A stretch of DNA of 55,854 bases, taken from Asterionella formosa. Lineage: Eukaryota. Of this stretch, positions 25,887 through 37,710 are shown piece after piece. The position numbers were made by a program, and so were the translations under genes. The number at the start of each line of letters is the position of its first letter. Within the stretch, counting starts at the first letter, position 1. The stretch lies in NCBI GenBank assembly GCA_002256025.1, contig NKIB01013542.1, positions 1-55,854 on the forward strand, given 5' to 3'. The notes beneath the pieces are model-generated. The model was given only the letters and a program-made list of their open reading frames with translations. It was not told the DNA's origin and made no database searches.

Positions 25887-28821
25887 CTAAAGAGTAACGT
25901 ATTGACCACAAACAATAGAGCGAACAGAGTAGAAATCCTCGCACAACGGACCCTCTATGTCAAGCGCTCCAGTTTCCTGGTCTTTCTTAACAACTATCTT
26001 CCCGTTCACCACAAGCTGCGAATATCCTACATGAGCACTGCAAAGCAATGGCACAATGAGCTTTTGTCACAAAGGAGCGACCGAACAACTTTCAACAGCT
26101 GGACGTACCTGTAACTTGCTTTCATACCCTGCGCAATGATTTCCGAACGAAGATCCGTCAAAAGCACATCCCCATTACTCACATAGATACTTGGCCGGTT
26201 TTTGAGTGCCGTTTCGTCCATGCGTGGGGCCAGCACAATAGATCCATCTAAAGCAACTTTCTTTCCAGTCGCAACAAAGTCAAATCGGCTCACTGTGCAC
26301 TCGCCAAGTTGCGCTTCGAACAGTTCTTTTGGTTTCGGAGGCTCGCTATCCTCCATGATATCCTCAGGTCGTTGATATGGCGTGTCGACAAGTCGAACCG
26401 AGTAGGCGGCGTGACCAACATTAAGCTCAATTGTCTCTCCGTCTATTGGTGCCTGAACGACTTCCGACGAATGAGTTCGGATTGCTTCTATCAAGATTGT
26501 CACTTCATCTATTCCACACTGATTGTCGACCCCGTCCTTGCAGGCTCCACCAAGCACCACAACTTGTCGAGGCTGCAAAGCACGAACTGACTGCCTAGCC
26601 GCCCTTCCAGAGACTTTTCCTTCTAAGGGTATGTAGTTTATTTCCGCCAATACTTCAATGCACCGGGATAACGTCGTCACCTTTGTTGGAAGCCTCCCAT
26701 TTCTACCTCTGACAATCCCTTTTCCCTCCGACAGGTCTTCGGCTTCAAGCACCTGTTCGTCGATGATGTCAGCGGTCGTGCTGATAGTTGCTCCACCCTA
26801 AAAGAGGAAAAAGTTGAAGATGAGATATCGCTGCATACTTTACAAGAAAAATTAGCATCATCAGCTCACCATCATTGACGAGTTCACCAAAGGTAAGGAC
26901 CGTCCGCCAGTCGACGTCGTTGAGACGGGCTTGCCATCTGCCCCAAAACCTAAACCTCGTCGCATCACTTCTTCTCCGATCCTTCCACTTCCTTGTGAGA
27001 ATTTTGATGGGTCCACACCAGTAACAATATCTGTAAATCTTTCTGGTATAACGGCGATCCCATATTCGTCTTCCAAAATTTCACCCGAACGCCCCACAGC
27101 TTCGCCGATTCCATACTTGGCTGTCGAGTCGGACTGTCCAATGCCAACGGCTTCCTCACGCAGTTCAAAAGTCACTGGTTATATTTGCGAAATAGGAAGC
27201 ATTTGTTAGTCCAGCAGAAAATTGACTATTCAAGCGCACCATGAAAAAACTAACATCAGCCACACTCACAATGCTGTGGTTTCGAAAATTTCAGGAACAA
27301 ACTAGAGTCAAACCTAGATTTCTTCTTTGGTCTTGCCGCAATTGTTGGGGCCAGCTTTGTTGTGCTCAACTTCTTCTCCTCTTCTCCCAATCGCAACTGC
27401 CCCTTGGCCAGTTCAACTTGTTCCAACATGGCTCGTTGTTCTTCTTCAGCATTTCGCCTTTGTAATGCTCGTTCTTCTTGTGCTAGAAATTCCTTCAATT
27501 CTTGTCCTGACAGAGCAGCTCGATGCGGGACTAGCATGTCCACTTCCACCACATCGTCCATTTCCCTGCCTTCGATTTTGGACAAGCACCACTGTTGCAG
27601 CAATTGACCTGCTGCTGTCAGGGTCGACGCCTTCCCTTCTGGAATGGCTGACCCAACAAGCGTCGTTTGATCAATCTCGGGATGATCTACCGGGATGTAA
27701 CTTCTTTGATGGCATCCAATACTGTCTGTAAAAATGACAGCATTATCTGGATTGTCTGCCCACTGCAACAACATGTCCCTGGCTGGACCATGTTCCAACG
27801 TCAGACCCGACGCAATGAGGCAGGTGGGATTGCCATTTCCCATTAATTCTTCCAATTCCCGGGCCGAACTGCATAGTTGTACATGATTGAGTTGAAACGG
27901 ATTTTTCCGGGAAGAATCGAATTTCGATCCCAACGACATCCACTCCAGCTGCGACTTGGCAAAGTCAAGTGTATTATTAGCCAGCGGCGCCCACCAGCAG
28001 AGATTGTATGCACCCCCAAAGCGGTCGCGGTCCCAATGAGTATCGAGCAACAATAAGAGTTCCAAGACGCGACCAGAGGCGTCAGTGGGCAGCAGTACAT
28101 GCCCTTCTCGTCGAAGCACAGACAAAATCGATTCTGTCAATGTCTTCTCTGCTTGTGTTGCGACCGGGGTCGGCAGCAGTGGTTTCAGGCCACCAAATAC
28201 TTTTTGTAAACTTCCAAAGACCGGCCCACCAGGAAAACACACCAATACGTCGGGTGTTGTTCCGTACTTGAGAATGGTTGAAGATTCCAAGTGCAGTTCC
28301 TTGGCCACGTGATAGTCCCCTACAAGCACAACAAGTGTCTCGTCCCTGAGCGACTCTAATAAGAAATAGGATGCCCCGACTAAATGACCAGCTCGATGAG
28401 GCGTGATCGATAGGGTTGCCTTGCCGTCTTCGTCGTGCAGAATAATTGTTTGCGAGTATTTGATGGTGTTCAGAGCCGAGCAAGCAGCATCTACTTGATC
28501 CAAGGTGAAGGCCGGCTGTCGACCATCCAAACACTGCGCTGCATGGTGATCATACAGCGCCATTTGACCCATTTTGACAGTCGGAAAAGTGCAGTATGTT
28601 GGAATCGAGGGATAATTCTTTGTGTACTGCGGCAGGTTTCCCAAAGAAGCGAGGGAGGAATCTCCAACCAATAGAGCTTTGTGCTCTGGGAGCTCGGGGA
28701 GACCGTCATTCGTCATACCAACATTCCATAAGACTTTCACGCCGCCGTATTCAACAAGTGTGCACGTCGCTCCTCTGTCCTTTTCGCTGCTAGATCCGTA
28801 GATCGGTGTGACGCGTAGCAT
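25887..28821 (-). CDS. CPSF2: Cleavage and polyadenylation specificity factor subunit 2 (CPSF100); exons 28821-27270, 27174-26870, 26797-26109 and 26037-25887
   Basis: Metallo-beta-lactamase/beta-CASP fold lacking HxHxDH. Motifs PTVKMGQMALYD, AGHLVG, VLLPTDASGRVLELL and KSQLEWMS. The spliced last exon gives the CPSF100 C-terminus IEGPLCEDFYSVRSIVCGQYVTL*. All three introns are GT-AG and frame-consistent. Confidence 0.92.
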
Positions 28822-29339
28822 GGTGTTGAATAAGATCACAAACTTGGAGGAAGGGTAGCAATGTGGCTATGTTGCTATGATAATACTATTGCGCCAAGAA
28901 TGTTATTTGTTTATGATTGATGATGATTTCCGATACCTGAGACCAGCTACTGGTACCCTGGTACCAGGTACCAGGAACGTGAAGGTTATACCGCTATAAA
29001 AAGTAAGTACCCTGATTTTATTAAATTACGAAGTATCTACCTGGTACAGACAAATTGTGTTTTGTGATGTGCTGCTGCGTTTACCCTATAGATTTTGTAT
29101 CAAATATTTATTTTATTGTCTTCATACAATCTACGACAATACTGTACATATAAAATAAAGTCACGGCGTAGGGGTATACACCAGCTAGGTGCATTTTTAA
29201 TAAACATATACCCGGTATTCACTGATGAATACATGATGAAATCTGTATTGTCATCTTTGTGGTGGCACATCACTGTTACCACCATTAGCTCACTAAATTC
29301 TCGCACACCTTGTACGTCGTTTCGTTCCTTAGATTGAGA

Positions 29340-30194
29340 ATGAAAGCTCTGCTTTCCACAATCCTTTTTCTGCCATTTCGTTCCGCCTTTGTGGCCACGA
29401 ACCAGCCGCGGCACCGCGAAAGTGAATCGTCCCTGCCTACCTTTCGCCAACCAACATCGGGCGAGAAAATAGGGCATATGGGGGTTCCTGAACACTTGAA
29501 ACATCTGGCGGTCGGCGATACCGTAGTAGCCGTCATGGGGGAATCAAAAATAATCGTTGTTGAACGCCTCTCCAGTCAAGCTCCAATCTTCATTGCCCGC
29601 AATCTCGTATCCCCCGAACTATGCCATCACATCCAAGCAACAGTGAAGCACATGGAACAAGGAAGAACGGAATCGGGGGATAACAATCGTTTTCGACCTG
29701 CTAGCCTTGTGGGATGGCTATCGAATCAAAATGATGCACTTGTGGGAAATTTGGCGGAAACGGTGCACTCCATATTTCTGCCAAATCAATCATACCGCTT
29801 GAGATTTGTCGAAGATATGCAGGTAGTTCAGTACCAACCTGGGGGTGAGTATCTTTTGCACCATGATGACAAGGATAGAATGCTAACGGTGCTCTACTAT
29901 CTCAATGGGGTGGGAGCCACATGGTTTCCTCTCTGTGATTATCCAACACAATGTGCATCACGGATAGATGCACTCAAACTTGCCAATGACATGGTCCCAG
30001 AAACAGAAGGGATTTTGGTGTCATCCTCAACCAATGCTCGCATTCAGATTGGCCAAGGGGATGCCATTGCCTTTTACAATTACTTGGAGGATGGATCAAC
30101 AGACTGGAACATGATTCATGCTGGTATGCCAGCAATAGGCGAGAAATGGATTGCCAATCATTGGTTCCATTGTGTGCCCTATGATGGCATTTAG
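29340..30194 (+). CDS. 2OG-Fe(II) dioxygenase, prolyl 4-hydroxylase-like, with an N-terminal signal/plastid-type presequence
   Basis: QVVQYQPGGEYLLHHD (HxD), LTVLYYLN, HAGMP and EKWIANHW. N-terminus MKALLSTILFLPFRSAFV. Confidence 0.85.
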   Translation: MKALLSTILFLPFRSAFVATNQPRHRESESSLPTFRQPTSGEKIGHMGVPEHLKHLAVGDTVVAVMGESKIIVVERLSSQAPIFIARNLVSPELCHHIQATVKHMEQGRTESGDNNRFRPASLVGWLSNQNDALVGNLAETVHSIFLPNQSYRLRFVEDMQVVQYQPGGEYLLHHDDKDRMLTVLYYLNGVGATWFPLCDYPTQCASRIDALKLANDMVPETEGILVSSSTNARIQIGQGDAIAFYNYLEDGSTDWNMIHAGMPAIGEKWIANHWFHCVPYDGI

Positions 30195-30378
30195 GAGTTA
30201 CAGTCACAGGTGCCACTGCAACTATTGATGGAGAACACACAGTTAAATTTATTTACTGGTTTTGAACTTCTGTTGAACATGCATGAATAATTTAAGTGAT
30301 TCAGGTGATATATAGTATTCATTCCATCAGAGGGCAAAGAAGAATCCATTCAATTAAAAAACCAAAAAGCTACTAATA

Positions 30379-30598
30379 AGAAATTGGATACTATAAAAAG
30401 TAGATGGATTTGAATCACAAATTTGATTTTCCCCCACACTCCTTGTGGAGTTTGAATGCCTTACTTCACTTTTTCCATTCTCGTCTTCAGAAATTGGATA
30501 CTATAAAAAGTAGATGGATTTGAATCAAAAATTTGATTGTCCCCCACACTCCTTGTGGAGTTTGAATGCCTTACTTCACTTTTTCCATTCTCGTCTTC
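30379..30598. repeat. Near-perfect 110-bp tandem duplication
   Basis: 30379-30488 and 30489-30598 differ at two positions. Confidence 0.95.
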
Positions 30599-31086
30599 GT
30601 AGGACCAGGACGATGACAAGCAACGACTGATACATTATCTAGCTTTTTGTGTTCCCCGGACAAGGCAGTAGCTACAATATAGCGAAGTAAACCATTATAA
30701 TGTGGTGGCGTTTATGGTGAAATACAAGATAAGCAAAATCTGCAGGGAACCGGTGCCTGGTACTAGTACCACATTAACTTCAAGACGAGTACCATGCAAC
30801 TGTTGAAAATACCTCCTCTCTTTTGAGATCCCACATTTGCCAATACGCATACCGTATACTGTAACTGTTTAACTAGACTAAAAAGCGCATTCATCAAGAA
30901 AAAAAAACGGTTAACATAATCCATAGGTCCTTCTATTTTCATCCAAAATCAAGACGAAACAGAATCCATAGGTCCTTTGAACCGCCATTTGTGCAGAAGA
31001 AGTGCCTTTCTCCGAAAACCGACTGGTATCATGCGGATGCGAACTGAAGTCGACATAGCAACCAAGTCTGAGTCGAATATTCCACA

Positions 31087-31330
31087 TAAAATTGACGGAG
31101 ACAGGAACATGATGGGGTCGCCAATCTCAAAAGGTTTCGATTCGCTTACTAATTAGGTTGAAATGTCGCTTATGAAGACTTAGGAGGCATGAATGCGCTT
31201 AAAAATATGAAAAATTGACGGAGAAGTGAACATGATGGTCGCTAATCTCAAAAAGGTTTCGATTCGCTTACTAATAATGGTTAAAATGTAGCCTACAAGA
31301 CTTAAGAGGCACGAATTCACTCAAAAATAG
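31087..31330. repeat. Diverged ~123-bp tandem duplication
   Basis: AAAATTGACGGAGA...AATCTCAAAA(A)GGTTTCGATTCGCTTACTAAT occurs twice (~31087 and ~31211). Confidence 0.85.
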
Positions 31331-31348
31331 AGTTGTTATGTCAACAAT

Positions 31349-31807
31349 TCATAAAGACAAGCACCTTGGCTGCTGCTCAACTTCCGTATTGGCAAGGCTC
31401 TTTGACCTTTGGTAGCTCTCAACAAGGGAGCGAAGATATTGCGCATTCAGGAATGTACATAGTGGTAGTTGTTGTTCGGGCTTCTGAATCTCACACGATT
31501 CTGATCTGAGTACTGGATCGCTGATTGTTCGCCGGTGCTGGTTGATCGGAGAACAGTTGCCGCGCTCAAGCATAAAAGGGACAGGAGCAATTGACGAGGT
31601 GCTGTCATTTTCAGAAGTTGTGATGCCTTGAAGTAGCTTCCTGCGGGTAAGTGCAGACTTCCTCATCTTCTTGATGTGAGAAGAACCCTTCCACTTGCTC
31701 GCACCACACACCTGGAGGGTGGACTGCGTCTTGGCCGATTTGACCATGAGGGATTGTAATCGTTTCATGCGCTGGGCAAGATCGGCGGATGAGTTCTCGG
31801 CAACCAT
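31349..31807 (-). CDS. Small hypothetical basic/Ser-rich protein
   Basis: 152-aa ORF from MVAENSS with coding-like composition, including LQSLMVKSAKTQSTLQ; no family was recognised. Confidence 0.5.
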   Translation of the reverse strand: MVAENSSADLAQRMKRLQSLMVKSAKTQSTLQVCGASKWKGSSHIKKMRKSALTRRKLLQGITTSENDSTSSIAPVPFMLERGNCSPINQHRRTISDPVLRSESCEIQKPEQQLPLCTFLNAQYLRSLVESYQRSKSLANTEVEQQPRCLSL

Positions 31808-33696
31808 TTTTCTGTTTCGAAGTTGATCAGTGAAGGAGATAACGTGATTGGGATGAGGAAGTGTTACGAATTGTGAGCACACGTGGGGCCTTCGAGACTT
31901 TTTTCGTTGTCACTCCCCGTACACATTTAGTACTACCGGTATATGCAGAGTAACAATCAAATAATAGTCATCGATGTAATAGACAATAATATACATGTAA
32001 ATGCATCCACCCAACTTACGATAATAGCTGTTTATATGATGTGCACTTAGAACGAGAAGATATGCTATCAATGACATCGGAGCTCTTAAAACAAACCAGA
32101 ATGTCTGCTTATCAGTAATGCCAATGACCATATTGATGCCCTTTAATTGCACTGCCGAAACGGTTGTTCATTGATATAGATGTAGGCAATATCTTGTAAT
32201 TTTAAGTGATTTAGAATAGATCCCATTAGTCATAATGCCACCAACTGTAGGGAATTCCAACCATCTGGGATGATTTGTGAGTCCATATATAGGGTGCATA
32301 GTGTTTGAAGTTGTCATTCATTATGGCTGAATTTCTCCCGCTGCATAGCTAGGAGACATTCATGATTTATGTCTGCATGGGGACACAGATAAAATAGTTC
32401 CTCACAAATAAAATACCGTCATCAGTGTGACCTGATGAACGACTACGCATTTACTCCGAGTACCGGTATGTAGCAGGGAAAGAGGAAAGCTAAGTATCTT
32501 GTACGAGGTACTAGTAGGAGACGACTCATGAAATGTGGCGGTTTGTTCAACTTTGAGCTATCAAATTGGATGGTTTCATGCGTCATCCTTCTGTTCCGTT
32601 TCATACGGTTACATGGAATAGAACATACCCATAAATGACTGAGTATCGCAGCGATGCAAATTCGCGACGTCTATGTAAAGCTCAACATGCCAATTAAATG
32701 ACTCCGGAATATACACTTCTCTATTTTTAGACTACAAGGTGTATTGTTAATGTCGATCTGGTAAATGACCTGGTACTACTTTACCGGTAGTCTGACTTCC
32801 AGTTCCAAGGTGACGTACCTGGTACCAGGTACCGGTACCTGGTACATTGAATGTCCGATAATGCCAACACGGAGGCATTAACTCTTGGAGTACCTAATAG
32901 TGCTGTAACTATAGTACCTGGTACCGGACTGACAAACATGGCTGCACAAAAAGGTCATAACATGCGAAAAAGTCATGACCTCATAGACATATTATATAAT
33001 AATAAGCATTGGCCAATACGAAGAACCGGCAGTACCTGGTACCTGGTACTGAGTAGCAGGGTAACCAACAAAAGTAAACACGATGTAGTATTAAAAACGA
33101 TGAGTCATGACTGCATGGACATTATACACAGGAAAAGGATTAATGTTATGTGCATATAAGCATACATCTGCTGAAAGCGGTATTCCTAGCTTCCTAGCTA
33201 TGTTCTGAACAAAAGCCCATTGGGGTTGTGGAAACAGCCTAAGAAATGGGGAAAGCAAGTGACCCCCCCATTCATGCGGCCTTTGCCGCCTAGACAACCT
33301 CCGGAATAGTCATTCATTCCTGCTCCATACTCTTGCCTGGACGGCTCAGTAGCGCACGTTTTATGCGCTCTTATTCAGTTTCGACTCACTCCCAATGATT
33401 CGTCCGATGCCTTTTACCGGATTAGATAGATTGGCTTTCCATTCCTCTCTATGATGTTAAATTATCATTCATTAAATCCATGTCGTGTTCACCTACTGCT
33501 ACCTGTACTGGCATTCACCAACTTGAAGACGGTTTGCTTATAAGGTTCACCAATGAGTAATTTCTAGTCTTAGTCAGCAATTTCTAATCGTGGTTGTCAG
33601 CAGATTTCTAGTCTTACGTAGTCACCAACGGGATCAGTACAGGTAATCGTAAACAAAAGAGTCATTTTGAAAATGTCAATGGACTACCGGAATTAA

Positions 33697-34240
33697 GGTT
33701 CCTGCATTTCAACACCCTACATAGGAAAAAATTAAAATATTGCTCAGGGTTGCCGAATTCCCTGGAATTAAGAATTTTATGAGCTAATTTTGAATGACAT
33801 GATTCCATTTGAAATATTGTTTAAATCAATGGAATGGGGAATAGCTTACCAGGTAGCTGGTTAGCTCACCTTCCAAGGTGGCGGGTTCGATTCCCGCAGT
33901 CTCCACCTGCTTTGTTTATGTGGTCCCTAGGGTTCCGGATGGTGAGGCAGACAACAAGCAGGTCTACACAAGGCACTTTGGGGGCCAAGTGCAACTTCAC
34001 AACCTCCACAATTGTCGAGTTCTTTAACAATAGTGCATGCACTATAAAATTTACTTCATAATTTTAAATCTTTTTATTTAAATCAATGGAAATTTGCACA
34101 TACATACATAGATCCCTTTTCGAATTCTCTAAATCTGAATATAAAGATATATAAACACATTCTACATCGCTCGATGTATAGTCTATATACCCTATAATAT
34201 GATCAACATACATGTGTCATAGTACAAGCTGGCAGCATGG
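33697..34240 (+). mobile_element. Second copy of the TTAA-flanked Kolobok-like left end, interrupted by a SINE
   Basis: TTAA|GGTTCCTGCATTTC..., colinear with 3398-3675. Confidence 0.65.
33835..34076 (+). mobile_element. tRNA-derived SINE-like retroposon, copy 1
   Basis: Exact 15-bp target-site duplication TTTAAATCAATGGAA (33820-33834 and 34077-34091). tRNA-like head with B box GGTTCGATTCC and an AT-rich tail. It is absent from the paralogous site at ~3513-3527. Confidence 0.85.
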
Positions 34241-34999
34241 CATTATATTACTAGTACTGGTATGCATGTGGTACCAGGCAGGTAGTGGATACAGTTCTGG
34301 CAAACAACCCAAAAAAGATACATGTGCATCAAGTTTGCAAGGCCCTGCAGATCAGGCCAATCAAATCTAGGTAAGTAATTCAGATTGGCCAATCATATTA
34401 TATCCGGATGCGCACTTACAATGGAATTTGTTGGACAAAGCTGAAACAGATAAGTCAAATGAATCTTGTTTGTATCTCCAAAATCAGCCCAGTCGTGATC
34501 TTTTGAGTCTAGTCATGAACATGAATCAATCTTTACTCATATATGAAGCAATCTTTGAGTCTGCCTTGCCATAGTAAACATGAGTCGATTTACTCATTTA
34601 TGACTTAATTTTGTTGGTTTGGTTTGCTAAAAGTTAATTCTATAAGCTCACTTTATTTGGAAATATCAATACTAGAGTCAAATCTATCTACCAACAATCT
34701 CCTAAATTCACCATGATCCTTTGGTCCACTGCCTACTAGCACCTATGTTTTTGCTGAGTATATCAATATTTACTATTTTTCAATAAGTCGAACTCCTTTC
34801 AGGTTGATCTATGACTTCTCTTTCAAGTGACACCAGGAGATTTTAGGACAAAAAATTCCGCCACATGACTACTATTCTAATGTTGACATTTCGGCTCATA
34901 GTCATTCTGATTCCGATATTTTGGAGACTGTAGAAAAGGCCGATTTTTTGAATTTTTGGACAAGCAAAAATAGCTCAACATTGGCTTGGTCTGAAGGCG

Positions 35000-36650
35000 A
35001 TTTCAATTGATAATGTGTTTCATAGCCCATTTGTACTCCCCCTTTTCAAGGCAAGTATTAATTGTGCTGCCTGCTGACAAGATCTGTGCTTGTTCCCTAG
35101 TTGTGTTAGCGTAGGTGAGTCCCCAACCACATTTCGTGAAATTTGACCCCCTTGGCCACAGCGTTAGAGGAAACTCCAACATCCTAGGAAGGCGGCACAA
35201 CCTGATATGTTCAAAATAGGAAAGCGTCGCTCTCAATTTTCGTAGAGATTTCCGATAGCCTGTATTTTTTGCTAACTAACCTGCTTGTGTATTTTATAAC
35301 TTAGACTCTTCAATACTGGACTAAATTCATCTGTGTGCCTGTTCCTCCAAATCGAGATAGCTCTTTGTTTGTGTATGCCGGTCTATACTCCGAAGTTGTG
35401 GCCTTCTCATGACCATCTACAAAATAGTGTTTTGCTCTGATTTTGTACCTGAATCCAACAAGCAATATGCATCCAGCGTACTATTGTAGACATGGATATA
35501 CACTTTAAAACATATCTCCTAAGACAAATTCCTTTGTTGCTGCTGTCGCGAAAATTTCCCCGAAATTGTTGTTGTTTGTTGTAGTATCATCTTCAAATCC
35601 TTGCCCAAGACTCTTCATTGTAGCTGGTATCAAGCTCTCATGCAAATAGCAATGCTTCAAATCTATGGACAGCTCCTTCAAGTGACACACTCTGTATCAT
35701 TTAGCATCCATAGCATCTGAGTGCTCCCAGAAATATGTTGGAATTGATTTCTTGAATGAAGGTGCCTTCAAGAAGAAAGTATCATCACATCTTGTAACAA
35801 TTCGACGATGCCATCGCTATAAAGATCGCCAGTTTGTGTAGACTTCGATACCAACATTGTTCATTTCACTAATAGAGTGCATGATGAAATTTTGTGGCCA
35901 TGTCCATCTCATTCCATTGTGTGCTTCATTAAAAAACTTGTGTAGTGCAACCACCAAATACATGCACCTTTGTCAAATGACAAAAATATCATTTGAGCGC
36001 TGCATATGTTTTCCTTGTCCCCTTCCTCTACATCAAGTTTCCAAGTGCTTGAATTCCAAGTAGTTCAATTCTTTCCACGAAGATTTTCTTCACATTGTAA
36101 CTATTGCTCTATGACAATATTCTTCACATTGCAACTATCGCTGTATTTTTCAGATGGCGCAAAAAGAAGCCGGGCATCGCCAGAGGTCCACCAGGAACAT
36201 GTGGTTGATTGTTCTCATTAAGTGAGTTGGAACAACAAGACTCATCTGCTATAACATCAATATCCTTGCTTTGTCAACGAAATTGAAAGTTCTTTAATTG
36301 GTGGTGGGATTATCATTTTTCCTCATCAACATTGTTGAAATATCATCAATGACGCACTACATTGTCACCCCTCCCCCTACACACTTGCTTTGTAACATAC
36401 GTATCCAACCAGCCAAATAATGCTTTCTTTCCAGATGAAAACTCAGGCATGTCTTCTCCTTCCATTGTCAGGTACAGAAACTCACTCCGACCACTTCCTT
36501 TCTCACGATAACCATGCCAGCCAATACATGTCAACCAGAACATTTTCCGCCAGAACCACTTTATTTGCCTCTCTTCCTCCTGTCTTTCTGTGAATTTTAA
36601 AAACAGTTCATGTCAGCATGGCCTTGGTGAACTTCATGTCATCTTCGACA
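35000..36650 (-). pseudogene. Decayed transposase-like gene (probably IS630/Tc1/mariner-related), with many stops and frameshifts
   Basis: Remnant ISMSTIVRWMH / GFRYKIRAKHYFVDGHEK (35403-35456) resembles the LGFxY...KxxYVDGHE motif I associate with eukaryotic DDE transposases. Confidence 0.45.
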
Positions 36651-37323
36651 TTAAATCTAATTGTATGGCTGTGGTCACACAAGAACTCAATTGGAATCCA
36701 TTTCAGCCGGTAGGAACTTTCTGCGCAAATAGTTTTAAAATAGCTCAAAATTAACTGAGAATGCGAGGAGCCCTCGCAGATCCATCAACTTATTCTTTAA
36801 ATCCAGACTGTTGAGATACTCAAACCGGAGTTGGATCCGCAAGATCGCAATAAGGTACAAAGAAAAGCGACGGTCAGAGATGGCCCTTGTACTAATGGCA
36901 AAACAACAAGCATTTTTACGCGCTATTTTATATTTTAGAAGGGTTAGGGTTATGCGTTGTACTAGGTACACAAGCCTACATGATACATTAAATCTAAGGT
37001 GTATGTGGTCACGCAAGAGCTCTATTGGAATCCATTTCAGTCGGTAGGAACTTTCTGCGCAAATAATTATAAAATAGCTCAAAATTAACTGAGAAGAATG
37101 CGAGCCCTCGCAGAGGATCCATCGACTCATTCTTTAAATCCATACTGTTGAGATACTCAAACCGGAGTTGGATCTGCAAGATCGCAATAAGGTACAAAGA
37201 AAAGCGACGGTCAGAGATGGCCATTGTAATGGCAAAACAATAAGCATTTTTGCGCGCTATTCTATATATTTTAGAAGGGTTAGGGTTATGCGTTGTACTA
37301 GGTCTACACAAGCCTACATGATG
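36649..37323. repeat. ~335-bp tandem duplication, each unit containing GGGTTAGGGTTA
   Basis: 36649-36984 and 36985-37323 align throughout with small indels. Confidence 0.92.
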
Positions 37324-37399
37324 TCCTCAAAGTTTGCACCCAGCCATACAAACAGATTTGACACTTTCACAGTATGCAACAAACTACACTATGGTAATC

Positions 37400-37710
37400 T
37401 GTAGGTCAAACCAAATCTCGTTTGATTCTCTATTTAAGTAATGTCAATTGAAAGTCCATTGACATTTCCAAAATGACTCTTTTGTTTATGTTTGCTGATC
37501 CAGCTGGTGACTACATGTGACTAGAAATCTGCTGACAACGACTAGAACTGCTGATGTAGGTCAAACAAAATCTCGTTTGATTCTCTAGTATTTAAGTAAT
37601 GTAAATTAAAAGTCCATTGCCATTTTCAAAATGACTCTTTTGTTTATGATTGCTGATCCAGCTGGTGACTACATGTGACTAGAAATCTGCTGACAACAAC
37701 TAGAACCTCT
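37400..37710. repeat. ~155-bp tandem duplication at the inner edge of the right inverted arm
   Basis: GTAGGTCAAAC.AAATCTCGTTTGATTCTCTA...AGAAATCTGCTGACAAC occurs twice. Confidence 0.88.

Noticed and set aside
33836..33906. Functional tRNA-Gly gene
   Set aside because: The anticodon arm is non-canonical (4-bp stem, 6-nt loop), there is no variable loop, the D-arm is interrupted, and it sits inside a duplication-flanked insert. It is better explained as a SINE head.
36941..36952. Telomere or chromosome end
   Set aside because: Only two TTAGGG-type units, internal to a repeat, with genes on both sides.
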